Shown here: piece by piece, positions 12,001 to 20,928 of the stretch
Layout: each line of letters begins with the position of its first letter
How positions within the stretch are numbered: the first letter of the stretch is position 1
Source: Candidatus Kapaibacterium sp.
GTDB taxonomy: Bacteria > Bacteroidota > Ignavibacteria > Kapaibacteriales > UBA2268
Direction of reading: 5' to 3'
DNA length: 64,000 bases
Assembly (NCBI GenBank): GCA_963665665.1
Contig: OY762428.1
Location: 192,001 to 256,000, forward strand
Notes under the pieces: model-generated
The model's database searches: none
The model's input: only the letters and a program-made list of their open reading frames with translations
What the model was told of the DNA's origin: nothing
Translations under genes and position numbers: made by a program

Positions 12001-12208
12001 CACTGCTTTCAACAATTTTTATCACATTGTTCGACGGAAGGCCTGATTTTAATGAGTAGGAACTCCATCTCCACGCCATTTTCAAATCATCTTCAATATT
12101 TGCTTTTAAAATATTTACTGACATCAGTATCAGAAATACCGTTAATGATAATCTGACTAAATTTTTATAATATTTATCAAAATTATTTATCAATTTGTAA
12201 GAGCCCAA
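9011..12208 (-). CDS. Membrane sensor histidine kinase with periplasmic beta-propeller (Reg_prop) and Y_Y_Y domains
   Basis: Repeated D..G.LW.GT..GL blades, YKLDNADWTEW (Y_Y_Y), TM helix, SHEYRTPLT H-box, NLLLNARKF, DKGCGI, GTGLGLSIV. No receiver domain. Start uncertain. Confidence 0.88.
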   Translation of the reverse strand: MGSYKLINNFDKYYKNLVRLSLTVFLILMSVNILKANIEDDLKMAWRWSSYSLKSGLPSNNVIKIVESSDKTLWVVTPKGFAWFDNFIWHEVVADSAGFTAEELVDFMPDRGSGIMGTDDGSIYFVNKDTIRVINLKINSEEIFVDEITIYDSLYYLGRGFNKSNNEEFLFFYDGKDDVQVIPMPENPQIIRKRRYIRKASNGDMWFTGNSGLYRFTGENWVKYMDNQYDYPFTLSDVFGRKNYPGFFWLGYPYQYSGIWEISESGLEINQKIKTDRVFLIGDINNDGQAVLIFVGGIIYLKNGNDWYEFKNPPELLKNASYIKFSSNNNLWVATEDNLYLVNLSSKRWDYINFQNGSGWNLINDIFFDKENNLWVGTDQGLIDLKNRSNPVFYEFVKGKSLSGVTGINQDNEGNIWVGSGGNFMGVYKFDGKYWTHYDEKNGFFNTNVHKIKKDRKGNLWFLTLNRDKADSGNGAFLYMDKTFYSWSNDNGMDGDRVYDFIEDSNGSYWFATSQGLNKWQDSVFYHWDKSNGMRFNRVFAITETQTGGIWFTDQYTGLGYLQDKEFNYPRVFMEEGIYFVREIYNTKKRLWISTKNGVFSYKNGIVSHFNQKNGLGFAQTWPLNFNSGDIYIGTLGNGINILNTDEENHPAPVVVFSDIKGSGSSVTISWDTYAYLGQLASDQIQVRYKLDNADWTEWNYDRNINLYDLTSGEHSIVVQAKGLFGNYLEKGYCLDFMVPYPTYMQPVFFIPLTILIILAGFFVFIYFRKKIKADREIRKLNKDLEKRVSDRTAKLKITLDVLKQENIERKKAEKEVRKAQKKLTKAYDKEKELSEMRSRFIDMISHEYRTPLTIILSSAELIKIIADSGKSEGVDKHIYKIRSSVKALIKMLEDTMMLSSNTDQELEYTPSLVNIRMLCYDLLDEIRVIDGGKHKFLHKFNLGSDVIETDPKLLHQILINLLLNARKFSPDNSEINLNCFEDQSYIIFQVCDKGCGISQEDRKNIFKPFYKNKNDIGLVEGTGLGLSIVKKCADRMGARIVIESEIGQGSEFTVIIPKKKSLSN

Positions 12209-12855
12209 ACAATAATATTAGTTCCGAATTTTAATGATTCTTCTCTTTTTTCCGGAGAATCGTGGTGTACTTCAGGGTCGGCCCAGCCATCACTTGGATT
12301 GCTCTCGAAGGTATAGAAAACACATAGGCGGCCGTCATTGAATATTCCGAAACTTTGGGGTATTTTATCATCATGTTCATGAATTTTCGGGGCTCCTTTC
12401 GGGAAGGAATAATGGCAATTAAAAATCCCGTGTGAAAAAGGAATCTCAATAAATTCTCTGCCTGGAAATACTTTCTTCATTTCTTTTCTTATATAGCTGT
12501 CAATCCCATAATCATCATCGATATATAAAAACCCTCCGTTTTCAAGATATGCTCTTAACCTTCTTGCTTCATCATCTGAAAATTTCAGGTTGCCATGCCC
12601 GGTAAGATAAATCAGGGGATAAAGAAACAGGTTATCCGAGGCCAGGTCAACATATTCATATACAGGATTAACGTTGATGTTTGTATTAGCTTTTATATAT
12701 TTCAGCAGATTAATTTCTGCCGACTGATCGTTATACCAGTCTCCCCCGCCCTGATATTTCACTCTGGCAAGTTTCACGGCACTTTTTTTTGCCGATACAC
12801 CGGTAAACAGCGATATCGTAAAAAGAATAATTAAAAATATTGCGATTTTTCTCAT
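12190..12855 (-). CDS. DUF4159 domain-containing protein (signal peptide)
   Basis: ARVKYQGGGDWY, YPLIYLTGHG, YLENGGFLYIDD, PKIHEHD, DGWAD...KFGTNI motifs. Confidence 0.85.
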   Translation of the reverse strand: MRKIAIFLIILFTISLFTGVSAKKSAVKLARVKYQGGGDWYNDQSAEINLLKYIKANTNINVNPVYEYVDLASDNLFLYPLIYLTGHGNLKFSDDEARRLRAYLENGGFLYIDDDYGIDSYIRKEMKKVFPGREFIEIPFSHGIFNCHYSFPKGAPKIHEHDDKIPQSFGIFNDGRLCVFYTFESNPSDGWADPEVHHDSPEKREESLKFGTNIIVWALTN

Positions 12856-12916
12856 AACTCTCTGTTTATCAAATTTTCAATTCTCTTTACTTAAACGTAA
12901 TAGAATTAAAAAAAAT

Positions 12917-13576
12917 TTAATCCATTGTACAAACAAGTAATTTTTTTTCCTGCTCCGCAAAAGAATTATAACCCACTAATTCAAGCATCTGTTCTTTCAC
13001 TTTTAATCCGGGATTTTTTGCCAGGGCATCATCAATTTCCCTGCTCAGATCTCCGCCCTTTAAGAAAATAAATTTCGTGGATTTTTTCTTAATTTTATTT
13101 GTAAGGGATATAAGTTTTTCAATTCTTGTAACTGCCCTGGCGAAAATAAAATCAAATCCTTCTTTGTAATCCTTTAGTTTATAAATATCTTCGACTCTTG
13201 ATGTTATGGCTTTCATCTTTCTATTTCCGGTATGAGCAGCAAACATAGTAGTCATTTTAATTTTTTTTGCAATTGAATCTACAAGAAGAATATGGAGGTC
13301 AGGCCTTGCAATTCCAATTGGTATACCAGGCAGGCCGCCACCGGTACCAACATCCAGGCATCTGGATTTAAGCGGTATATCAACATATTTGAGCAATGCA
13401 AGGGAATGCAGGATATGTTTTTCAAGAATATTTTCATGATCTTGACGGGATATCATGTTAACCTTTTCATTCCAATATAATAATTCAGAACAATAACGTT
13501 CTACTTGCTCACGTTGTTCCTCTTCAAGTATTATTCCGTTAGCAGAACAAATTGTCCAAAATTCGATTAAATCCAT
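12917..13576 (-). CDS. rsmG: 16S rRNA (guanine527-N7)-methyltransferase RsmG
   Basis: WNEKVNMISR, KHILHSL, LDVGTGGGLPGIP, DSIAKK, FARAV, LKGG. Confidence 0.95.
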   Translation of the reverse strand: MDLIEFWTICSANGIILEEEQREQVERYCSELLYWNEKVNMISRQDHENILEKHILHSLALLKYVDIPLKSRCLDVGTGGGLPGIPIGIARPDLHILLVDSIAKKIKMTTMFAAHTGNRKMKAITSRVEDIYKLKDYKEGFDFIFARAVTRIEKLISLTNKIKKKSTKFIFLKGGDLSREIDDALAKNPGLKVKEQMLELVGYNSFAEQEKKLLVCTMD

Positions 13577-13704
13577 ATAGCAAAGTTTTTTTTATTATCA
13601 AAATCAACAATATTCAATTTAAGTTATTTTTATTAACCTGCAAATTTTAATTAAATTTATTATATTACATAGTAAAGTATTGTAAATTAAATTTTGTTTT
13701 AGTC

Positions 13705-14343
13705 ATGCCCGAATCAAAACCATTTTTTTCAGTAGTCATATCTACAAGGAACAGGAAACAATTGATTCAAAGAGCTTTGAAGTCATTATTGTCGCAAACC
13801 GAAAATGACTGGGAGGTAATCATATCCGACGACGGCAGCAACGACGGTACCAAAGAACTTATCCATAATATGCAACTTGCTGACCCCAGAATCAGATATA
13901 TTCCTCACAATCATGTGGGAGCAGGCCCCTCAAAATCAATAGGGGTAAAGAAAGCCAGAGGAAAATTCATTACTTTTCTGGATTCCGATGATGAATATGA
14001 ATCGGATCATCTGGTAAAAAGAAAAAAAATATTACTTGATAATGATATTCAGCTTTTGCATGGAGGAGCAAAAATTATTGGTAATTCTAAGGTGCCGGAT
14101 ATAAATAATCCGGGAAATAACATTGAAATAAAAAAATGTATAATCGGTGGGACGATGTTCATAAGGGACGATGTTTTCAATATGGTTGGCGAATACTCCC
14201 TGAAGCAGTTCGGAGATGACAGAGACTTCTTTAGCAGAGCAAAAAATGCAGGCCTGAAGATATTTGAAACCAACGAACAAACTTATGTTTACCATAGGGA
14301 TACAGATGATTCGCTGTGTGATAACTATGACGATGAAAAATAA
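13705..14343 (+). CDS. Glycosyltransferase family 2 protein
   Basis: FSVVIST.NR, SDDGSNDGT, FLDSDD (DxD); stop overlaps the nth start (TAATG). Confidence 0.9.
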   Translation: MPESKPFFSVVISTRNRKQLIQRALKSLLSQTENDWEVIISDDGSNDGTKELIHNMQLADPRIRYIPHNHVGAGPSKSIGVKKARGKFITFLDSDDEYESDHLVKRKKILLDNDIQLLHGGAKIIGNSKVPDINNPGNNIEIKKCIIGGTMFIRDDVFNMVGEYSLKQFGDDRDFFSRAKNAGLKIFETNEQTYVYHRDTDDSLCDNYDDEK

Positions 14344-15005
14344 TGGTTAAAAAATTTTCCGATTCCATACGGGCACAAAAAGCAAGAATGAAAAAGATCA
14401 TCGATATTCTTTCCGGTGAATATCCCGATGTAAAAATCCAGCTTGATTTTAAAACACCACATCAGCTGCTTGTTGCAACAATCCTTTCTGCGCAGTGCAC
14501 TGATGCAAGAGTAAATATGGTTACCAAAGGCCTTTTCAAAAAATACAAGTTGCCATCAGATTTCCTTAAGGTTCCGGTGGAAGAACTGGAAAAAGATATC
14601 TATTCAACAGGTTATTACAAGGCTAAAGCAAAGCATATCCAGCAGGCTACAGATGTTATCGAAAACAAATTCAATGGAGAAGTACCGGGTACAATGGATG
14701 ATCTTCTGTCACTGCCGGGTGTGGGTAGGAAAACAGCTAACGTTCTGCTGGGACACTGCTTCAATATACCGGGTATTGTTGTAGACACTCATGTTATCCG
14801 AATATCTAATCTCCTGGGGTTCGTTGATACCAGGAATGCAGTTGCAATCGAAAAGAAATTAAATCTGATAATCCCTGAAGATCAATGGGTGGTTTTTACG
14901 CATTATTTCATAAACCACGGCCGTAATGTTTGTATTGCCAGAAGGCCGAAATGTGCAGAATGCCAGATATCGCACCTGTGTCCTTCGTCGGGTGTGGGAA
15001 AATAA
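14343..15005 (+). CDS. nth: Endonuclease III
   Basis: LSAQCTD, HhH LPGVGRKTAN, VDTHV, Fe-S loop CIARRPKCAECQISHLC. Confidence 0.97.
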   Translation: MVKKFSDSIRAQKARMKKIIDILSGEYPDVKIQLDFKTPHQLLVATILSAQCTDARVNMVTKGLFKKYKLPSDFLKVPVEELEKDIYSTGYYKAKAKHIQQATDVIENKFNGEVPGTMDDLLSLPGVGRKTANVLLGHCFNIPGIVVDTHVIRISNLLGFVDTRNAVAIEKKLNLIIPEDQWVVFTHYFINHGRNVCIARRPKCAECQISHLCPSSGVGK

Positions 15006-15093
15006 CTGATTATTTTGAAACCCTGTCGTTAAGATAGCGTAAATTCAGGTATAAGGCTTGTAAATTATTGATAACAGGGAAAGTACAAAAGTA

Positions 15094-16245
15094 ATGAAAA
15101 AGTTTGTAGTTATATTCATATTCCTCTTTGCTAAAAACATTTACTCTATTGATTATGATATTTCAGGATATATTTATGAATTACCTGTTTATAATACAAT
15201 GCCTGATATTTATAATATCCCGGGAATTGAATACAAGCAGGAATCATTTACCAACCTTACCCGGCTCAGATTAACACCTGAACTTTACATTGGTGATAAC
15301 GGCAAAATTGTTTTACACTACGAAATGAATATGCTTTATTCTGATATGGGGCAGGCCATGTTCGGAAGTATTGGTAAAACAAATCGCCAGGCAGTAAATT
15401 TGAGCAATGAAATAACCCAAAATGGAGATTTCAGCCTTACACATTTCATCGACAGACTTTATTATAAACATACGGCACTAAACTGGGAGTTTGCCTTTGG
15501 ACGGCAAAGAATAGCATGGGGCAGCGGACGTATCTGGCAACCGACAGATCTTTTTAATCCGATTAATCCGGCAAATTTCAGTAAAACAGAAAAAGACGGA
15601 GCCGATGCTGCTTCGATTAAATATTTTATTGGTAATTTTTCAGATATCGAGTTTGTTTACAATTTCAGGGAAAGATGGGAATACGGTAATTTCGGAGCAC
15701 GCTATCGTACTAATATTTCGGAATATGACCTGGCTGCCATTGCAGGATATTTTGATAAAAGAGCCGTTCTTGGCGGCGATTTTGCAGGAAATCTTTTTGA
15801 TGCAGGAGTACGCGGCGAGTTAGTTTATTCATTCAGTAGGGAAACCGAAAATAAGGAATTTGTAAGAGTAATACTTGGAGCGGATTACCAATTTACTCAG
15901 GACGTTTATGCCCTTATTGAATACCAGTATAACGGTGAAGGAACAAATGAAAAATCCGAATACTTTGATAATTTCATGAGGCTGCAAAAAGGAGAAATCC
16001 AAAATCTTGGAAAGAATTACTTAGCGGCCCAATCTACTTACCAGGTACATCCGCTTGTCAGCTCATCCCTGATGCTGATTTCGAACCTCGGAGACGGCAG
16101 CGGAATGCTTCTCGGAAATATCGGCTGGTCGGCGCTGGATAATTTATCTATCGGCATTGGTGCAATGTATGTTTACGGAGAAGACTTCACAGAATACCAG
16201 TTTTATCCTAAATCAGTTTACTTAACCGGAGAATATTTTTTTTAA
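15094..16245 (+). CDS. Hypothetical outer-membrane beta-barrel protein
   Basis: Signal peptide, IDRLY, GRQRIAWGSG..W.PTDLFNP motif, alternating hydrophobic strands, C-terminal YFF. Confidence 0.7.
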   Translation: MKKFVVIFIFLFAKNIYSIDYDISGYIYELPVYNTMPDIYNIPGIEYKQESFTNLTRLRLTPELYIGDNGKIVLHYEMNMLYSDMGQAMFGSIGKTNRQAVNLSNEITQNGDFSLTHFIDRLYYKHTALNWEFAFGRQRIAWGSGRIWQPTDLFNPINPANFSKTEKDGADAASIKYFIGNFSDIEFVYNFRERWEYGNFGARYRTNISEYDLAAIAGYFDKRAVLGGDFAGNLFDAGVRGELVYSFSRETENKEFVRVILGADYQFTQDVYALIEYQYNGEGTNEKSEYFDNFMRLQKGEIQNLGKNYLAAQSTYQVHPLVSSSLMLISNLGDGSGMLLGNIGWSALDNLSIGIGAMYVYGEDFTEYQFYPKSVYLTGEYFF

Positions 16246-16269
16246 TAATATAAGTCAGGTAACAAAGTA

Positions 16270-18432
16270 CTACCTCCCCAGCTTTGCCTTTAAATTGGCT
16301 GGTAAAGCTCCTCCAATAGCTTTAAATTTATCGGCATAGTTATTCGCCTTTCCTGTCTGGCCTCTTTGGATGTAAAATGCTATAATGTTCTCGTACGCCG
16401 GGGCATCTGTAGGAAAAAGTTTAATAATATTTTCCAGGTTTTTAAGCGCTTCATTTTTTCGTCCCATTTTATAGAGAATTTCCGTTTTCATGTGATAAGG
16501 AACTGAGGTCTCCGGGAATACTTCAACCATAATATCAGTCAGATCAAGCGCCTGCCTGAACATATTTTTTCCAGTAAGCAGATCAAGTTGAGAATAAACA
16601 ATATCTATGATATTCGCCTGCGTCCTGTTCGCCGAAACCAGCTCCCGGAAATATTCTTCTGCTTTTTTATCATCGCCCTTATAGAAGTTTAGCGTTATTA
16701 ATTGAGGATAAACAGACCATGCATCGGATTTTATTTTCCTGATATTTTCATATTGTTCGATTGCTTTATCATATTCCTTTAGTTTCGCAAAATATATACC
16801 GCTTTTCAAATGCCATTTTACCAGATTCTCTTCATCAGCAGAATTGAGAAGCGGCCTTTCTTCTTTCGCGTAATCAGGATTATCAGGTACGGAAGGCCCA
16901 CCCGTAAGAATTATTCCCATCCTGTCGGTATCAAAAATATCTCCTGAAGCAACAAGCCTTACTTCATCATAGAATTTTGACATTTCCGGGTCTGCTATTT
17001 CATTTCTACCATCATGTATGCTCTCATAGTAGCCTAATGGTAATGAGCGCGACAGGTGCCCCGCCATAAGAATTTTAGAGCTATCCCTGATCGTCATTGG
17101 TAAGTGCGAAAGCACAGGGTCGCAAAGGGCGTAATAATCAATAATTTTCTTCTCAAACCCGGCATAATAGCCAAACATACCAACAGCACCGATAACATAG
17201 ACATCATATTCTGATTCTGATGAGGCTTTTCCCATTTGCGCCCACAGCATATCCGGCTCTCCCCTGCCGGATTTCAAAACAGGGATCAAACCGTTATACT
17301 GGTAAAAAAAAGCTCTTTCATCGCTAATTCCGTCTTCGTTTATATGATTTGTTAAAAGCGGAGAATTGCCCTTGCCATAGCCTGGCCCGGACAATATCGG
17401 AGGAGTATTTGAAATCAATATGGTGATTAATAATATTCCTGCCGGCAGAACATACTGGTATTTTAAAATTTTAACCGGAAGTTTAATATTCGAGTTGAGT
17501 AAAATCAGGACTGACATTAAAAACGGAACTGAGAAAAACCTGCCGGCCATAAAATCACCGCCGATATAAAATATATAGATCATGTATAATGCAATTCCTG
17601 CGCCAAGCAGCCCGATTTCGGATTTCCTGTTTTTTATTAGAGCTTTTATTGAAAAAACAACTATGCTAAAAATTGTTAGTAAGGTAACTGGATCGTTTAT
17701 CAACGATTCTTTAAAATAGGCAAAGGCCACCAGGATTTTCCACGAAAATTCAGTATCGCCGCCCATTTTCGCTATTGCTGTATTCGGGAAAAATGAGCCG
17801 TAGTAGATCAGGGCAAATAATTCCCAGATAATCAAAGGCAGAAATGCAATAATGATCCTGCCAATATATTTGATTGATAAATTATCCCTGATTTTCAGGG
17901 CAAGGAACGGTAAAAATAGTAAAATAAGGTCAGGCCGGTTCAACGCGATCAAAGAAATCAGCAGAAAAGACCAAATATCCTTATTACTGGTATCCGCGCT
18001 GAAACGAATATAAAAGAACAGCGCCATAAGAAAATAGCTGAGAGGATTTTCAAGCCCGGAAGCTGAATACTCGATAAATGACCTTGATGAGATTAAAATC
18101 GCAAAGGCAATAATTGTGAGTGGAAGCCCGGATTTATTCCTGCCCGCAGCAAGCAAAACTGCTCCGAGGGAAAGGATGCCTGAAAAAATGATAGTAGTAA
18201 AATATGGCTCGCCGCTAATAAACTGCAATGGTATATTCACAAGCATCCATAGCGGATGAGTATAGACCTGCACCCTTTCGAATATATTCCACCTTAGCCC
18301 GAATCCGTTAAGGAAATTATCGATAACCCGGAATGTGATATACGCATCGTCATTGACGTAGGCATTCATGATGAAAAGGTATATGAATATAATTGAAGCG
18401 GCAATTAAAAAATAATTCTGCTTTGTTCTCAT
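16270..18432 (-). CDS. GT-C type polytopic membrane glycosyltransferase (AftB/arabinofuranosyltransferase-like) with C-terminal TPR region
   Basis: DDAYITFR..DN...G.GL.WN..ERVQ.YTHPLW, SGLENPL, YYG..FPNTA.AK, GGDFM.GRF motifs; about 10 TM helices; helical TPR-like tail (YDKAIEQY, EALKNLE). Confidence 0.72.
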   Translation of the reverse strand: MRTKQNYFLIAASIIFIYLFIMNAYVNDDAYITFRVIDNFLNGFGLRWNIFERVQVYTHPLWMLVNIPLQFISGEPYFTTIIFSGILSLGAVLLAAGRNKSGLPLTIIAFAILISSRSFIEYSASGLENPLSYFLMALFFYIRFSADTSNKDIWSFLLISLIALNRPDLILLFLPFLALKIRDNLSIKYIGRIIIAFLPLIIWELFALIYYGSFFPNTAIAKMGGDTEFSWKILVAFAYFKESLINDPVTLLTIFSIVVFSIKALIKNRKSEIGLLGAGIALYMIYIFYIGGDFMAGRFFSVPFLMSVLILLNSNIKLPVKILKYQYVLPAGILLITILISNTPPILSGPGYGKGNSPLLTNHINEDGISDERAFFYQYNGLIPVLKSGRGEPDMLWAQMGKASSESEYDVYVIGAVGMFGYYAGFEKKIIDYYALCDPVLSHLPMTIRDSSKILMAGHLSRSLPLGYYESIHDGRNEIADPEMSKFYDEVRLVASGDIFDTDRMGIILTGGPSVPDNPDYAKEERPLLNSADEENLVKWHLKSGIYFAKLKEYDKAIEQYENIRKIKSDAWSVYPQLITLNFYKGDDKKAEEYFRELVSANRTQANIIDIVYSQLDLLTGKNMFRQALDLTDIMVEVFPETSVPYHMKTEILYKMGRKNEALKNLENIIKLFPTDAPAYENIIAFYIQRGQTGKANNYADKFKAIGGALPANLKAKLGR

Positions 18433-18447
18433 CGAATTCGTTTCTGA

Positions 18448-18525
18448 TTGTTAATACAAACATAATCCAATTATTTGTTAATACAAACATAATCCAATTA
18501 TTTGTTAATACAAACATAATCCAAT
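18448..18525. repeat. Perfect 27-bp tandem repeat, about 2.9 copies (TTGTTAATACAAACATAATCCAATTAT)
   Basis: Units at 18448, 18475 and 18502 (third truncated at 24 bp), starting 16 bp upstream of the 18432 start codon. Confidence 0.95.
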
Positions 18526-18720
18526 ACAATCCCCGCCTTTCAAATGGAGAAAGCTGAATGGTTTGTACATTTTCTATTGACAGATTTTAAATTGGCAATA
18601 GTCAGTTACTCCAATAACAATCTTAATGGGAAAAGGTCTCAGGATTATTTTTTTTATATTGAAATTATTGGAGAATCACGATATTGTAATCGAAACAATA
18701 TTTAAAATTTTGATAAAAAA

Positions 18721-19038
18721 TTATAAGATTTTGATGCCGGTCCTTATGATTTCAGAAACAAAAGGATTATCTGAAATAAATTCTTCCGGCCTGTAGATAT
18801 GAGTTTCAATATCAACACTGGTTGCCAACTTCGCGCGAATGAGTTTATCATTATCCCAATAAATATTTCATTCAAAATCATCGGAAATTACTGCAATATC
18901 AATATCGCTATACTCATTTGAATTTCCATTTACGCGTGAACCAAAAAGAAAAATACTATCAATTGCGATATTATCTTTACCTGCTTCTATGGCAAATTTC
19001 CTGATTAAATTTATTATATCATTAGGGATTTTATCCAA
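18721..19038 (-). pseudogene. Minimal nucleotidyltransferase (MNT, MntA antitoxin-like) with internal TGA stop
   Basis: Manual translation MDKIPNDIINLIRKF...IFLFGSRVNGNSNEYSDIDIAVISDDFE*NIYWDND...DIETHIYRPEEF...NPFVSEIIRTGIKIL*; GS-x10-DID polymerase-beta motif; TGA at codon 57 (18868-18870). Confidence 0.85.
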
Positions 19039-19100
19039 TTGTATTTTTCCTTTATTATGTCAAAAGTCTTTTAGTGTTTAATAGAAAATCTCCTTATAGG

Positions 19101-19134
19101 AAAAAAAAACGCCCGAACAATGATATCCGGGCGT
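19101..19134 (-). terminator. Intrinsic terminator after nuoF
   Basis: ACGCCCG...CGGGCGT stem preceded on + by A9 (U-tail on the minus strand). Confidence 0.7.
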
Positions 19135-19163
19135 ATTCTGAATAATTTTATTTCACTGCATCT

Positions 19164-20492
19164 TTAACCGTAAACCAGGTTGTCGGCGGTATTTCTTCTT
19201 CCATGGACAACATTAGGGGCCTGGTACTGACGCTTTTCTTTAACTGCTTTTTCAAATTCATCGCGGAATTTGGTAACAAATCCGCGAATCGGCCATGCGG
19301 CAGCATCACCGAGGGCGCAAACTGTGTTGCCTTCAATATTGTTGCATATATCCACCAGCAGGTCAAGGTCTTTCATTGTTCCCTCGCCGGCAGCAATGCG
19401 TTTCAGAATTTTCTCCATCCATCCGCAACCCTCGCGGCATGGTGTGCACTGGCCGCATGATTCATGATGATAGAAATGCATAATCCTGAGAGTGATCTTT
19501 ACAAGGTCGGTATCTTCGTCCATAACCATTACGCCGCCCGTTCCAATATGAGTACCGAGAGGCTTTAAGGATTCCTCATCCATTCTCACGCCTTCGATCT
19601 CGTCGCCGCGCAGCGGAGGCATTGATGAACCGCCCGGAATGATAGCTTTAATCTTTTTATCTCCTCTGACTCCGCCACAAACATCATAAATAATATCAGT
19701 TAGCAAAGTTCCTGTGGGTAACTCATATACACCGGGTTTATTCACGTGCCCGCTAATTCCATAAAGCAGCGTTCCGGGATGCCCTTCGGCTCCTATCTTT
19801 GAGTAAGCCTCGCCACCCATTTTCAATATTTTCGGAACTGTTGCGATAGATTCTACGTTGTTAACCGTTGTCGGACAATTCCAGAGACCAGCCTGAGCAG
19901 GGAACGGAGGTTTGAACCTCGGGTATCCGCGCTTGCCTTCTATCGAGTTCATCAGAGATGTTTCCTCGCCGCATATATAAGCTCCGGCCCCCTTGTGGGT
20001 GTAAATATCTATCGAATAGTCGCATCCGTAAGTTTCCTTCATTTTCGGGCCGATAAGTCCGCGCTCGTAAGCGTCATCAATGGCCTGCTGCATCAGGTTT
20101 ATCCATTTGTGGTACTCGCCCCTGATATAAATATAGGCAGCTTTTATACCCATGGCATAGCCGGCAATCATTATCCCCTCGATAAGCTGATGGGGATTGT
20201 ATTCAAATATCTGCCTGTCCTTGAACGAACCCGGTTCGGATTCGTCGCCGTTCACGGCAAGGTATTTGGGTTTTGAATCATCCTTTGGCATGAAGGACCA
20301 TTTCAGGCCGGTCGGGAAAGCAGCCCCGCCGCGCCCGCGCAGTCCGGATTTTTTAACCTCGTTGATTATATCATCCTGAGAAAGCTTTATAGCTTTCTTA
20401 AATTCTTCATAGCCGCCATTGGCAATATAAACATCTAATTTGTGCAGGTCCGGTATATCAGGAAGCAGAATTTTCGGGAAGTCACTAATCAT
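19164..20492 (-). CDS. nuoF: NADH-quinone oxidoreductase subunit F
   Basis: SGLRGRGGAAFPTGLKWSF, NGDESEPGSFKDR, GAGAYICGEETSL, ESCGQCTPCREG, C-terminal VCALGD. ATG 20492 chosen; ORF track runs to TTG 20507. Confidence 0.95.
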   Translation of the reverse strand: MISDFPKILLPDIPDLHKLDVYIANGGYEEFKKAIKLSQDDIINEVKKSGLRGRGGAAFPTGLKWSFMPKDDSKPKYLAVNGDESEPGSFKDRQIFEYNPHQLIEGIMIAGYAMGIKAAYIYIRGEYHKWINLMQQAIDDAYERGLIGPKMKETYGCDYSIDIYTHKGAGAYICGEETSLMNSIEGKRGYPRFKPPFPAQAGLWNCPTTVNNVESIATVPKILKMGGEAYSKIGAEGHPGTLLYGISGHVNKPGVYELPTGTLLTDIIYDVCGGVRGDKKIKAIIPGGSSMPPLRGDEIEGVRMDEESLKPLGTHIGTGGVMVMDEDTDLVKITLRIMHFYHHESCGQCTPCREGCGWMEKILKRIAAGEGTMKDLDLLVDICNNIEGNTVCALGDAAAWPIRGFVTKFRDEFEKAVKEKRQYQAPNVVHGRRNTADNLVYG

Positions 20493-20745
20493 GATTGCCT
20501 TTTTCAAATAGTTTAGATATCAATATATATTAAATTAAAAATTTTAGTTTAATAATCAACGGAAAAAATTATTTAGTACAAAATATGTGGGTTTTATTAT
20601 AAAAAAAGATAAAAATCAGGAATATTTAATCCACACCTTTCAGCAAAATGCCACAACTACGCCACTGTCGATTTGGTCAGATATTGGGAAAAGGAATGCC
20701 TGTTTGCTGAGAAGATTCCCCCGCCGGCCCCGACAAATTCCGGAT

Positions 20746-20860
20746 CAATTCCCCTCACTTGGAGGGGATTAAAGGGGTGGTTTCTTTTCTCTGCCTTTTT
20801 AGATGAACAATTCCCCTCACTTGGAGGGGATTAAAGGGGTGGTTTCTTTTTCTTTGCCTT
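20746..20860. repeat. Two direct copies (about 52 bp) of a REP-like palindrome CAATTCCCCTCACTTGGAGGGGATTAAAGGGGTGGTTTC
   Basis: Copies at 20746 and 20808 are near-identical; internal TCCCCTC/GAGGGGA hairpin. Confidence 0.9.
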
Positions 20861-20928
20861 CGCACCTTGCACATTTATCCACGAGCTAAAGCACGTGGCT
20901 ATTGAATTTGACGATTATAAGGCTGGGA

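Noticed and set aside
18868-18870. Selenocysteine or recoded TGA in the MNT gene
   Set aside because: The position is not a Cys-type catalytic site, GGA to TGA is a single change, and TGA is used as a normal stop elsewhere (panC, DUF3108, rnc).
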